32,379 bases of DNA, from positions 1-32,379 of IMG/VR virus record IMGVR_UViG_3300032278_000065, one strand, 5' to 3'. Source of the DNA: a virus. Its lineage: Duplodnaviria; Caudoviricetes. A model generated the notes under the pieces. The model did not search any database. It was given only the letters and a program-made list of their open reading frames with translations, and had not been told where the DNA came from. Shown piece by piece: positions 22,779-32,379 of the stretch (position 1 is the stretch's first letter; each line of letters starts with the position of its first letter). Both the position numbers and the translations under genes were made by a program.

Positions 22779-24812
22779 ATGACATCACAAAATAATGTTG
22801 TAATTTCAGCTAAGTCTCAGGGCATAGCCCAAGTGATGAAAGAGATTAATGCGTTACGTCAATCTCTTAGGTCTTTAAATCAACAAGGTCAACAGGCTAA
22901 ATCAACTTATTCTGAAAGGCAACAGAGAGCCAAGGAACATCTTACTGATCGCAGAACTAAAACTGGAATACGTAAAAGTCAGCCAATTGCATCATCTATT
23001 GCCGGAAGAGGATTGAATGTAGCGGAAGCAGGTGCAGTTGCAGGAATGCAAGGTGCAATTGATCCTGCTTTAACTGGACAACAAAGAGCTATACAAACCA
23101 TGCAAAACATAGCCGCAGATGAGATGCTTCCTGATTCATCTAAATTTGGAAAAGCTGAAGCAAAAGCATTTGATCAGATGAACACTCAGTACGATAGGGT
23201 TGTTGAGAAAGGTTCGTTATATGAACGTCAACAAAGAGAACTTGGACATGCAGCTAAAATATCTGCTAAAGAAACTTTAGGGCTTAGGGTACAGATAGAG
23301 AAACTAAGGGCTTCTCAGTCTTTCCAAACTAATGCTACTTCAGAACAAGTTAACCGCTTAAAAATGTTAGAAGCACAAATGATTAAAATGCAAGCTCAAG
23401 CTGTTAAGAATACAAGTTCTTTTCAGTTTATGGCAGGGGCAAGCGTTTTAGTTCAAAGAGGCATTAGGAACATTGGAGCAGCAGCTCAAGGTGCTATGTT
23501 AGCAATGAGCATGTTAAATGGGGATGTTATGGGTATGGCCTTTAGCTTAATCTTCTTACAATTTGCAGCTAACCTTCCTGTTGCCCTTGGATTTGGAGCA
23601 ATTGCTATAGCAGGTGTTTTAGCATTTAAAGCTATTAAAAAGGTATATAACACTAAGAAAGAAGTTCGAGAATTTACAGAGGCTTTCAAGATAGCTACAG
23701 GTAACGTAGAAGCATATTCTCTTGCACAGGATAGAGCAGGAGATGTTGTTGCTTCATTAGGAGTTAAAGGAGACGAACAAAAAGAAGCTATAAAAGTTGC
23801 TACTAATGCCATTATGGATATGGAAATGAGGAGGCAGAAGGTAACTACAACTTCTATAGGGGTCGCAGTTAAAGCATGGCTTGTTGCTGGAAGAACTGCT
23901 AAGGATGAAGCTGAACGTCAGACTACAGCTCTTGATGCAGTACAGAAACATATGGAAGGTAACCAGATGACAATTAATGGTTACGGATATGATCTTAAGA
24001 GGTTAAATCAAGCAGCTACCAGAGAGTTAATTCAGTTAGGTGGTAGCTTTATGGCATACGGTAAAACCGTAGAAGAAGCCATGATAGCTATGGGTGCATC
24101 AGAGAAAGAGCTTCAAGATGTTTCTCATGAAATGCTTCAGATGACTATGGCTGATCTTTTTGAATCAACTATAAGTCATGATGAATCGAAAAATAAAATG
24201 ATGCGTTACTTCAATGACATGGAACTAGAGTACGAAAAGGATTATGGAGAACAGCAAGAAAGAGTCTTAGGAATGATTGAGGAGTTCGACAAAGAGAATG
24301 ACGCTAAAGAAAAATCTGTAAGTAGGCTTAAAGGTGAAAGTGAAAAAGAGATTTCTCAAATGTGGGCAGGTGTTGACCAAAAGCGTTTAAGTAATGAGAG
24401 ATTGATGGATTTGGATAGTATGTATGTAGAATCTTTTAAAGAAACAGTTGATGAGATAATAACTGATATGAAAAGACTAGAGGATGCTAGTACACAAGCT
24501 CCTTCCTTCTTAGGATTTAATAAATCGCAAATGGCTCAATGGAAACAAGATACAAGCAAGCAGTTATTGCACGAGAGAGATAGAGAGTTCAAAACAGGGG
24601 AATACTTAGGAAAAGATACGTTTACAGAAACATATGGAGGAAGTCAGGAACATTTCTCTATGGAGTTTGATGGAACAGGTTACAGCGAAGAAATAGTTAT
24701 TACAATTGAAGATCAGACAAGAGGGGGACTAGATGTTACTCAAACTATTGCAAAGCAAATGGCAGGAGTAGTTACATCATCTGTTGGTATGGCATCGGAG
24801 TCGGGTGGGTAA
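22779..24812 (+). CDS. Tape measure protein
   Basis: A/Q/E/K-rich helical 677 aa with a central hydrophobic stretch (MAFSLIFLQFAANLPVALGFGAIAIAGVLAF); follows the chaperones. Confidence 0.85.
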   Translation: MTSQNNVVISAKSQGIAQVMKEINALRQSLRSLNQQGQQAKSTYSERQQRAKEHLTDRRTKTGIRKSQPIASSIAGRGLNVAEAGAVAGMQGAIDPALTGQQRAIQTMQNIAADEMLPDSSKFGKAEAKAFDQMNTQYDRVVEKGSLYERQQRELGHAAKISAKETLGLRVQIEKLRASQSFQTNATSEQVNRLKMLEAQMIKMQAQAVKNTSSFQFMAGASVLVQRGIRNIGAAAQGAMLAMSMLNGDVMGMAFSLIFLQFAANLPVALGFGAIAIAGVLAFKAIKKVYNTKKEVREFTEAFKIATGNVEAYSLAQDRAGDVVASLGVKGDEQKEAIKVATNAIMDMEMRRQKVTTTSIGVAVKAWLVAGRTAKDEAERQTTALDAVQKHMEGNQMTINGYGYDLKRLNQAATRELIQLGGSFMAYGKTVEEAMIAMGASEKELQDVSHEMLQMTMADLFESTISHDESKNKMMRYFNDMELEYEKDYGEQQERVLGMIEEFDKENDAKEKSVSRLKGESEKEISQMWAGVDQKRLSNERLMDLDSMYVESFKETVDEIITDMKRLEDASTQAPSFLGFNKSQMAQWKQDTSKQLLHERDREFKTGEYLGKDTFTETYGGSQEHFSMEFDGTGYSEEIVITIEDQTRGGLDVTQTIAKQMAGVVTSSVGMASESGG

Positions 24813-24815
24813 TCA

Positions 24816-26300
24816 ATGGCAATTACTATAACAATAAAAGGAGTAGATGTAACAGATTTTACTGACTTTCAATCAGTAGCTATTGTTGACACTATGGAAG
24901 TAACAGGGGATACCATGTCCTTTACTCTATACATGACAGCAAGCAATATATTTGGATTACCTGTTATTCTTGCTTGTGGAAATGAAGTTATATTAACTGA
25001 TGATGTTACAAAAGAATTTGCAGGAACAATTACTTCAATTTCAAGAAATCTTGGTGAAGGTAATCAAACAGTTTCATATAACTGTACTGCAACTGATTAT
25101 AGCTATATGTTAAATAGACGTTATGTAAACGGCATATTCTCAGCTAAAGCTATTACAGATGGTAGTGCTGATTCTATGGTTAAAGATATATTAGAGCATC
25201 TAAAAAATGCTGCACTGTCAGATACCGCAGGTGGAGATTATTACTACAATACATTTGTTGCCAATATGTCTACTCCTTACCTTATGGCAAATGGGCCTCA
25301 AGTAAAGAATCAAATTTATCAACGTGTTCTCCCTGCTCAAGTCTTTTCTGACTTAGCTGAAAATACCGGAATGATTTGGTGGATTGATTTCGACAAGAGA
25401 GTAAATTTTAGATCTACTACAGAAATGCCAGCTACATTTTTACCTGTAGTTGCAGGGGGAAGAGGAATATATGTTGAAGAAGATGTAACTAATTTTAGTA
25501 ATCTTAGTGTAGATGATTCAGCAGATGGGGTGGGAACAAAGGCTATTATTAAAGATGCTGTAATTCAAAGTACATCTGCTACAGAAGATCAATTTAAAAT
25601 TAATGATCTACAAGCTGTATCAGTTGCTGGTGGTGGGAAAGGGGCAAAACTTGCTTTAACTCGTAAGCCATTTTCAGAAAGAAGTATTACTAGAGTTATA
25701 AATTTAACTACTGGTGCTGTTTATGTACAAAAGTTAGAAGATATTGCAAGAGAGGCAAATGATCTATCTCCAAGTGTAAATGCTGATGATCCTTCAAAGT
25801 TTGATTGTTTTATTTACGTTGGACACCAAGGAAGAACTGGTGGTTCTTACGTTAGAATTCTTCCTGACTCATATTCTTTGAATGATGAGATTGAAGTTGA
25901 ATATCAATATGTAACTAACGATGAACATGAAAATATAGATATAGATCAAGTTGAGGTTCAAGCTGAAGCTACTGGTGGGGACGGTTTTCATGAATTTGTT
26001 TTTACAAAGAAGAGTGAAATTGCTGTTACAGATGTAACCGATTTAGATATTGTTGCTGATATTTTATTGGCTCGTAAAAGTAAAGTATTGCGTAAAGGTT
26101 CTTTTAGTTCTCTTACAAAAGGATGGCAAGCAGGACAAATATTTAAATTAAAATGGGATAGAGAAAGTATAGAAGAAGATGTATGGGTAATAGTTTTAAA
26201 TAAAACAATATTAACTCCTGCTAATGATCCTTCATTAAATGATAATATTATTCAAACAGAGGTACAATTTTCTAACATACCAAGGGGGTTAAGACTGTAA
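24816..26300 (+). CDS. Tail tip/hub protein
   Basis: ITIKGVDVT, FAGTITSI, CTATDYSYML, LAENTGMIWWID and GWQAGQ, a hub-like pattern after the tape measure gene. Confidence 0.7.
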   Translation: MAITITIKGVDVTDFTDFQSVAIVDTMEVTGDTMSFTLYMTASNIFGLPVILACGNEVILTDDVTKEFAGTITSISRNLGEGNQTVSYNCTATDYSYMLNRRYVNGIFSAKAITDGSADSMVKDILEHLKNAALSDTAGGDYYYNTFVANMSTPYLMANGPQVKNQIYQRVLPAQVFSDLAENTGMIWWIDFDKRVNFRSTTEMPATFLPVVAGGRGIYVEEDVTNFSNLSVDDSADGVGTKAIIKDAVIQSTSATEDQFKINDLQAVSVAGGGKGAKLALTRKPFSERSITRVINLTTGAVYVQKLEDIAREANDLSPSVNADDPSKFDCFIYVGHQGRTGGSYVRILPDSYSLNDEIEVEYQYVTNDEHENIDIDQVEVQAEATGGDGFHEFVFTKKSEIAVTDVTDLDIVADILLARKSKVLRKGSFSSLTKGWQAGQIFKLKWDRESIEEDVWVIVLNKTILTPANDPSLNDNIIQTEVQFSNIPRGLRL

Positions 26301-26593
26301 TGCCTGATAATGTTGGAGATGAAAATGCGTTAGCTACATTTATGACAAATATTTATACAGAATTATTTGTCAGTAGTCCATCTAATCCTAATGCTCCGAT
26401 TAATACCACACAGCACCTACGCAAAGAATTTTTAATGGACGATAAAAATATTGAAGTTGTTCAGACTCCACAGTTAGGAAATAATAATTTTTGGGTATGG
26501 GGAATTGCAGGTTATAGCGATACGCTTGTATCTACTGGACTTGCAACTATGCCTTTATCTGCAAGATATGAAGGAACTGCAAATTGGGGATGA
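26300..26593 (+). CDS. Small tail-associated protein
   Basis: TAATG-coupled, in the tail tip module. Confidence 0.6.
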   Translation: MPDNVGDENALATFMTNIYTELFVSSPSNPNAPINTTQHLRKEFLMDDKNIEVVQTPQLGNNNFWVWGIAGYSDTLVSTGLATMPLSARYEGTANWG

Positions 26594-27486
26594 TTACAGA
26601 ATTTAAACCTGAACCAAAAGATAGTTTTATTGATGGCATTAAACCACGCGGTTATGTTCACTGGGAATTACTCGATGAAGAGGACAATATTATTGAACGT
26701 GGATATGGAGTGGGATCACAATGGTGGTTAAAGTTTATTCCCAAGTTTCTACATAAATTTTTACCTTATGGGAAACAGAACGCTATTGTTGATACTTCTA
26801 GGAAACGTATTACTGATTGGGTGGCAGGTGGTTCTGCTCCTCCTGTACCTAACTATGTTGCAGTAGGAACAGGTGTTACACCAGTAGCCGCCTCAGATAC
26901 CGCCCTAGAAAATGCTATTCCATATACAGGAGTAACAGCTACAGCAAAAATAGCTGATACCACTTCTATATTCGGAGAGATGGCTGTAAGGTATGTTACT
27001 TCATTTAATACTAATGAAATAACTACAGGTGCAAGTAATGTAGATATTAAAGAATTTGGTCTTTTTACAGGTACGGATTTATCAACAGCAGATATGTGGG
27101 CAAGAGTAAATGTTAATATTGATAAAAGTCCACAACAGAAAGTAAACGTATATTGGTATCTAGTTTTTGAAAGGAGGACAGGATTGGCTATTAAAAGTGG
27201 AGAGAGCATTGGAGCAACAGGTTCAATAACTGCTAATACAGCTAGTACCTTATCCTTTGCATCTCAAGTAACAATATGTACGATTCATAACAATACAGGG
27301 CAACCGTTGTATGTAAAGCTAAATGGTGTTTTAGTAGGAACGCCACCAACAAACTATGACTTTATATTATTAGATGGTCAAAGTTATCTTCAGAGTGATG
27401 AAGAAATTGCTATTAATACTGTTGGTGTATACGTTAACGCTACTATCACTATGCCTAGTAATACAATAGTTGTTAGGGGGTGGTAG
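26584..27486 (+). CDS. Tail/baseplate protein (AVGTG..DTAL..EFGLF domain) fused to a C-terminal beta domain
   Basis: NYVAVGTGVTPVAASDTALE, IKEFGLF, NIDKS..VNVYW; internal SD plus TTG at 27184. Confidence 0.7.
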   Translation: MGMITEFKPEPKDSFIDGIKPRGYVHWELLDEEDNIIERGYGVGSQWWLKFIPKFLHKFLPYGKQNAIVDTSRKRITDWVAGGSAPPVPNYVAVGTGVTPVAASDTALENAIPYTGVTATAKIADTTSIFGEMAVRYVTSFNTNEITTGASNVDIKEFGLFTGTDLSTADMWARVNVNIDKSPQQKVNVYWYLVFERRTGLAIKSGESIGATGSITANTASTLSFASQVTICTIHNNTGQPLYVKLNGVLVGTPPTNYDFILLDGQSYLQSDEEIAINTVGVYVNATITMPSNTIVVRGW

Positions 27487-28008
27487 ATGGCTGTAACAAT
27501 TGTTCCATCATTACTACATGCAGGTGCTGTATCTGCTACAGCTTTTGAGATAACAGGTGGAGGGGGAATAGAAATAAACCCTGCTACTGATGTTGATTCT
27601 AAAATTCAGTTTAAAATTCAGGGTACTAATCATTTTACTATGGGTGTAGATACTAATACTGCTAATAATGATTGGGTGTTAAGTATAGGTGCTGTATTAG
27701 GGACTGGTAATGTTTGGTCTGTAGATGGTGTATCAGGAGTAATTTCTTTTACTGGTGGATTAAGTTATACAGGAACAACATGGAATGGTAACGCTGTACA
27801 GGAAACATACGGTGGAACTAATCAATCTACATATACTCAGGGAGATTTATTATATTCATCTGCATCTAACACATTAGCTAAATTAGCTTTAGGAAATGCA
27901 GGAGATCAGTTAAAAGTTAATGGAGCAGGAACTCAAGTTGCTTGGGAAGCCGCAGGATCGGCAGGGGCATCAGTTGGTTTAGCGGCTGCTTTAGCAATAG
28001 TTTTATAA
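27487..28008 (+). CDS. Short tail fibre protein
   Basis: TWNGNAV..YGGTNQSTYTQGDLLYSSASNTLAKLALG fibre motif; hydrophobic end ASVGLAAALAIVL. Confidence 0.75.
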   Translation: MAVTIVPSLLHAGAVSATAFEITGGGGIEINPATDVDSKIQFKIQGTNHFTMGVDTNTANNDWVLSIGAVLGTGNVWSVDGVSGVISFTGGLSYTGTTWNGNAVQETYGGTNQSTYTQGDLLYSSASNTLAKLALGNAGDQLKVNGAGTQVAWEAAGSAGASVGLAAALAIVL

Positions 28009-28018
28009 GGAGAATTAA

Positions 28019-28399
28019 ATGGCGAATCCACCTGACATAGTGTCTGTTGCTCATATCTATGGGCAGAATCAAACGACAAAGTTATCGGCACTTACAGCCA
28101 CATCTATCATGGATGCAGTTCCTACGGATTACACCCATAAGGTTAATATGATAATCGTTTCAAACATTGATGGGTCAAACGCTTGTGACATTGATATTTA
28201 TATAGATGAAAATACAGTGGCAACTTATATAGCCAAGACGATAACAATCCCTGCCGATTCATCTCTTAGCCTTATAGATACACCGTTATATATTAATTAT
28301 CTTGCAACTGGTACAGGAAACAGATTAATGGCAGTTGCTCAAACTGTTGATGACATAGATGTTGTTGTTAGCTATGAAGCGATTACGGATGTTGCTTAA
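28019..28399 (+). CDS. Fibre-associated beta-sandwich protein
   Basis: MANPPDIVSVAHIYG..IIVSNIDGSNACDI..TITIPADSSL..VVSYE; AAGGAG RBS. Confidence 0.7.
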   Translation: MANPPDIVSVAHIYGQNQTTKLSALTATSIMDAVPTDYTHKVNMIIVSNIDGSNACDIDIYIDENTVATYIAKTITIPADSSLSLIDTPLYINYLATGTGNRLMAVAQTVDDIDVVVSYEAITDVA

Positions 28400-29217
28400 T
28401 GCCTGATTATCGCATTCCAAATAATGCTAATAATGATGCCAATGGCATGTGGAAATTAAATGCCGTCCAAAGGGCTAGAAAAGGAGAAGAATGGCCTGAC
28501 TCCACTTTTGCTTTACCTAGAACACAGCACTATTTGAGAAGGGCTACATATGGTTCTTATTATCCTTATGGACAGATTCATCAGGGAACAACTTCTAGCT
28601 TTGCAGGAATGCCCAACAACTATCTTGAATACACTCATAGCGGAACTGCAGGATACTGGGTAGGTAACAATGACTGTGATGCCTTAGTGATAACCGCAGG
28701 AGATGCGGCTTATGCTCCTAAACAGCTTTGGCAAATAAATGGATTTACTTTAGGAGTCAGCACTTCTTGGAGTCCCTTAACTTCTCTAGGAGGATATGTA
28801 TATGTTGGAATCTTTCAAGGGAACAGCTTATTAGACGTAGATAGATTGTATTTACATTTATATAGTTCCTTTACTATTTATGGAAATTACTTAGGTTATC
28901 GTGGTGGATATATGTATGAGATTCCTGTAACAGCTTCAACAGGAGATACCCTACCAGTATTAGAACCTAATACCGCATACACCGTAGCTGTAGGAATGAA
29001 GTATGGATATTATCAACCACTTTATGAGGTAGAAACTTCTCGTGCTATAACCAGTGATAGCTTCACAACAGCACAAGGAAGAACTTTTGCATACGCATTT
29101 ACAGATGTGAGTTCTTTTAATGGAAATTCTCTATATGGTTTTAATTCAAACAATGGAACATATGCTACTGGTTCACAAGCAGGGCAACTAGTTGGAATAG
29201 GAGTAATGACTCACTAA
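28399..29217 (+). CDS. Putative receptor-binding/adhesin protein 1
   Basis: N-terminal RIPN..DANGMWKL..GEEWP anchor; Y/G/T/S-rich beta domain. Confidence 0.6.
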   Translation: MPDYRIPNNANNDANGMWKLNAVQRARKGEEWPDSTFALPRTQHYLRRATYGSYYPYGQIHQGTTSSFAGMPNNYLEYTHSGTAGYWVGNNDCDALVITAGDAAYAPKQLWQINGFTLGVSTSWSPLTSLGGYVYVGIFQGNSLLDVDRLYLHLYSSFTIYGNYLGYRGGYMYEIPVTASTGDTLPVLEPNTAYTVAVGMKYGYYQPLYEVETSRAITSDSFTTAQGRTFAYAFTDVSSFNGNSLYGFNSNNGTYATGSQAGQLVGIGVMTH

Positions 29218-29999
29218 TGGCACGAATACCTAACAGTACAGATGCGTCATCCATGTGGAAGATGAATGATGTCTATGTCGCAGAAAGTGGTGGCGAATGG
29301 ATTGATTCTTATGTTCCTTATATTGTAGTAGAGAATTTTATAAAGAGACAAAAAGGAACTTGGGATAATTTAACTGATGGCACTACAACAAACACTTGGC
29401 CTGTTGCGAATCCAAGTATTGGGTATCAACTAAGTGCCTATACTGTATGGAATCAATATTATGGTAGCCATGCAATTTCTTTTAATGTTGCAAGTAGTTA
29501 TGCCACTACTTATAAGATAACTCGTTTTGGTATAGGGGCAATTAGTTCTGATACTGTTGGGGCTATTAATCCTTATGCTATATATCTGCAATTAATAGCA
29601 GGAACTACAACAGGGGGAACAAGTTTATATAAAAAAACTTATCCTGCTTGGAATCTAATGTTAACTGGATATGGTTCATCATATGCTTCAGCCTATGGAG
29701 CGAATTTGTTAACTCTTCCAACAGATGATTCTGGCAATCCACCTCCAACTCTTAATACAAACACAGATTATGTAGCAGTATATGCAAATGCAGGTACTCA
29801 AGGGTATCAAATGTATGGAGGGAGTGATTTTCTTAGCACAAGACAAATTACTCCGGGAACAGGAGGGTCGGCTCCGGGAACTGTAGATATAACATATTCC
29901 AATGTAACCTCTTTTAATGGCAGTGGATATCTAGGAACTGACTTGGGAACTGATTTAACTAATGGCCCCTGTCACGTAATATTTGGGATAGAAATTTAA
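29217..29999 (+). CDS. Putative receptor-binding/adhesin protein 2 (paralog of 28399..29217)
   Basis: RIPNSTDASSMWKM..GGEW anchor; shares P.L..NT.Y...V and V.SFNG with protein 1. Confidence 0.6.
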   Translation: MARIPNSTDASSMWKMNDVYVAESGGEWIDSYVPYIVVENFIKRQKGTWDNLTDGTTTNTWPVANPSIGYQLSAYTVWNQYYGSHAISFNVASSYATTYKITRFGIGAISSDTVGAINPYAIYLQLIAGTTTGGTSLYKKTYPAWNLMLTGYGSSYASAYGANLLTLPTDDSGNPPPTLNTNTDYVAVYANAGTQGYQMYGGSDFLSTRQITPGTGGSAPGTVDITYSNVTSFNGSGYLGTDLGTDLTNGPCHVIFGIEI

Positions 30000-31057
30000 T
30001 GCCTAGAATACCGAATGTAAATGATGCCGTTGGTATGTGGGATGTTACTCGTCCTAATCAACAGCGAAATGCCGCTTATGGCGAAAGGTGGCCTGTAACG
30101 TATATACAACCGCCTGCTTGGTCAGGAACTAGATACTTTAGTTATTGTGGATTTAACGGAAGTAATCAGTCAGGTTATTACATTAATAACAGTAGAACAT
30201 TAGGTACGGCTTGGACATTTCCATTAGCTGGAATGTGGGCATCGGCTCAGTATGCTTATACAGGAAAGCAATCTAATGGAACGAGGTTTTTAAATTCTTC
30301 AGGGGAAACTAGCTCAGGTTGGTCAAACGTAATTGAATATGTAACCTGTTCCACATTAGGAAATGCTGCTTATTTCGGAGATGCAGTTGTATATACGAAA
30401 GGGGGAAGGGGTGGTAGTAATGGGACAATAGGGATATATGCAGGGGGAAACCAGTTAAGCGGTGGCTCAAGCAGTAATACAGATATTAAAAGATATGTGA
30501 CTATTTCTACAACTAGCGCAGGGGCTTCTTATGGAAATTTGACTACAAATAGATATCGTGCAGGGAGTGCCAGTGGAGCAACATACTTCTGTATGTTCGG
30601 TGGTTATCCCTATGGTACTGGAGGAGGAAATGGAGATAAGTGGGACTATGTAACCTTTGTTTCTTCAGGCTCTTCAATAAATGCAGGAGATATGGAAAAT
30701 GTTGGTTCTCCAAGATTCAATACAGATTGTGATGCTATTGATGGTGGTATAGGAAGTTCACGAATAGTTCTTGCAGGTGGTGCTTGGCAAAATGGTGGAC
30801 ATAGTAATGCTATGTGGCATTTCTCTACCGCTTCATTCGGATACGGTACTGACTATGGAAACATGGCAAGTGCGAAAGAAGCAAACAGTACAACAGGAGA
30901 TGGACAGTATGGGATTATTGCAGGAGGACAAGGGCCAACGGCTTATGAAACAAGTTCACTAATATTTAACGTAACAACTTTATCGTTGGCTGTGGTTTCT
31001 CCATCGTCATTAATTCATGGTGTTACTAGAAATGGAATGGCGGCAGGTAACCAATAA
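29999..31057 (+). CDS. Putative receptor-binding protein 3 with kelch-like repeats
   Basis: RIPNVNDAVGMW..GERWP anchor; repeats of about 45-50 aa of the form SNGT..GG..N.IEYVT..G.A..G. Confidence 0.65.
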   Translation: MPRIPNVNDAVGMWDVTRPNQQRNAAYGERWPVTYIQPPAWSGTRYFSYCGFNGSNQSGYYINNSRTLGTAWTFPLAGMWASAQYAYTGKQSNGTRFLNSSGETSSGWSNVIEYVTCSTLGNAAYFGDAVVYTKGGRGGSNGTIGIYAGGNQLSGGSSSNTDIKRYVTISTTSAGASYGNLTTNRYRAGSASGATYFCMFGGYPYGTGGGNGDKWDYVTFVSSGSSINAGDMENVGSPRFNTDCDAIDGGIGSSRIVLAGGAWQNGGHSNAMWHFSTASFGYGTDYGNMASAKEANSTTGDGQYGIIAGGQGPTAYETSSLIFNVTTLSLAVVSPSSLIHGVTRNGMAAGNQ

Positions 31058-31896
31058 TGGTTGATTTAATTAAAAGAGAAGAAGAGAAATTTGATATTGT
31101 TAAAGCCTATGAGTATGTCTCAACAGGGTTAGATACTATGACCTCTGATAAGTTAGCAAAAGTGTCAGAGAGAATGGTGGAGATAGATAGGGCAAATAAA
31201 ACCCTTGGTCGTTCTCAAACTCAAACAACAAACCAGTTAATGACACTCACTATGTTAACGGATGCTCCCTATAGGAGATTACGTCAATGTCTTGCACAGA
31301 TTGAGGATAGAAGAAAGGTAATTGAAGAAACATATTTTCGTATGCGAAAAGAAAAAGTGCAGATGAAAAAATGGCAACAGCAAGCAGAAGACGGAAGTGA
31401 GTTAGCCCAAATCAGGATAGAGGAACGTCTATATCAACTGGAAAGAAGTAAAATCTATCTTGATGGTGCGTTCAAAGAACTTGCAGTCTTTCAGGAAGCG
31501 TATGAAGAAATAAGAGTTAACAATGGCATCCCTGAGAATTGGGATGAGATGGACGCAGAGCGTGATGAAATAAGACATCACATTCGTCAAGCATTTCGCC
31601 AAGGTCACAGGGATATGATTCTGACAAAAAAAATTTCCAACGGTAATGCAGAATACTTTGAACAGTATGGCATTCATCTCCAAGTCGCTCAACAAATTAT
31701 TGGAAATTATATTGCCCATTGTGAAGAATTAATTGAACAAGGGCAGATGCCAAGGGTAACTCATTTATATGCGTTTCTTGATGACATGGTTGAACAGTTC
31801 GGAGATGCTCATCAGGACGTTGTAAACCACATTGGTTTAGATAAATTATTAAGAGGTGAATTTCTTTATAGAGAGGATAAACATGGCGATAATTAA
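31057..31896 (+). CDS. Helical coiled-coil protein of unknown function (fibre-module associated)
   Basis: 279 aa, PYRRLRQCLAQIEDRR, TAATG coupling. Confidence 0.7.
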   Translation: MVDLIKREEEKFDIVKAYEYVSTGLDTMTSDKLAKVSERMVEIDRANKTLGRSQTQTTNQLMTLTMLTDAPYRRLRQCLAQIEDRRKVIEETYFRMRKEKVQMKKWQQQAEDGSELAQIRIEERLYQLERSKIYLDGAFKELAVFQEAYEEIRVNNGIPENWDEMDAERDEIRHHIRQAFRQGHRDMILTKKISNGNAEYFEQYGIHLQVAQQIIGNYIAHCEELIEQGQMPRVTHLYAFLDDMVEQFGDAHQDVVNHIGLDKLLRGEFLYREDKHGDN

Positions 31897-32215
31897 ATAT
31901 ACGGTTGAAGTTGGACAACCAGTTCCAAGTTGGGTTTTCGATCCGGGTCATTTTACACACCCTACTCCTGTTTCAGATGATCCATTAACAGTAGAATCTG
32001 TTGGCATAGGACTTGGTGGTGGAACAGTTCTTACTCATGCAGAATTCTTAACATATGTACAAAGCATTCATGCACTTATTACTTTTATGACACAAGTAGA
32101 CCCTGATGCCAGAGATAACCCAGTTGAAATGAGGGCTATGACTGATGCTGAAGTTGAAACAATGGTTTCAGATTGGTGTATAGATAAGGGGCATACAAAC
32201 CCTGATGGAAGATAA
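31883..32215 (+). CDS. Hypothetical protein
   Basis: Likely start ATG 31883 (GAGG RBS) rather than GTG 31856. Confidence 0.65.
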   Translation: MAIIKYTVEVGQPVPSWVFDPGHFTHPTPVSDDPLTVESVGIGLGGGTVLTHAEFLTYVQSIHALITFMTQVDPDARDNPVEMRAMTDAEVETMVSDWCIDKGHTNPDGR

Positions 32216-32246
32216 AGTATAATAAACCAAAAGAGAGAGGTTCATT

Positions 32247-32379
32247 ATGAAGTGGATAGGAAAAATACGACCACAAATATTTCTTGCATTAGTTACACTT
32301 GGAGTTATCGCAGTTTTGGGAATCAGCAATGAAATGACTGAAGTTACTGTTGGCTGTATCGCAGGTATTATTGCGTTAG
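32247..32379 (+). CDS. Small two-TM protein, holin-like (truncated by window edge)
   Basis: MKWIGKIRPQIFLALVTLGVIAVLGISNEMTEVTVGCIAGIIAL...; GAGAGAGG RBS. Confidence 0.55.
   Translation, partial: MKWIGKIRPQIFLALVTLGVIAVLGISNEMTEVTVGCIAGIIAL

Noticed and set aside
29851-29881. CTCCGGGAAC direct repeat
   Set aside because: It encodes PGT twice in a Gly-rich linker.
28399-31057. Diversity-generating retroelement or shufflon acting on the adhesin genes
   Set aside because: No reverse transcriptase, invertase or near-identical TR/VR nucleotide repeat pair is seen in the window.
9869-31960. Minus-strand and alternative-frame ORFs inside structural genes (e.g. 10914..11126, 11444..11668, 12068..12364, 21453..21677, 23486..23812, 26853..27209, 30771..30962)
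   Set aside because: They overlap well-supported genes, with no motifs or RBS.

Overview
This window is part of a tailed dsDNA phage or prophage (siphovirus-like, standard genetic code) with two divergent arms. The left arm (1-8579, minus strand, very AT-rich from about 2.8 to 8.7 kb) carries about 25 small early-type ORFs. It ends in a coupled block of a RuvB-like AAA+ ATPase and three DNA-binding proteins (Fis-like HTH, excisionase-like HTH, RHH), preceded by a highly structured 270-nt intergenic region. The right arm (8883-32379, plus strand) is a virion morphogenesis operon: membrane protein, TerS, thermonuclease, split TerL, portal, protease-scaffold-Mu gpT-like capsid fusion, head-tail proteins, tail tube, an inserted MerR-like regulator, frameshifting tail chaperone, tape measure, tail tip and fibre genes, and a partial holin-like gene. 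The most unusual features are: (1) TerL broken into separate ATPase and nuclease genes with two membrane-protein genes between them; (2) a RuvB with a shortened RuvA-contact hairpin, downstream of a multi-stem RNA that contains a 19-aa hydrophobic ORF; (3) a MerR-like gene with a perfect 15-bp long-range inverted repeat and an operator-like palindrome; (4) in-frame internal starts with perfect SD sequences in the capsid gene and a tail gene; (5) three tandem adhesin-like genes sharing an N-terminal anchor. All calls come from reading motifs by eye; no searches were run.
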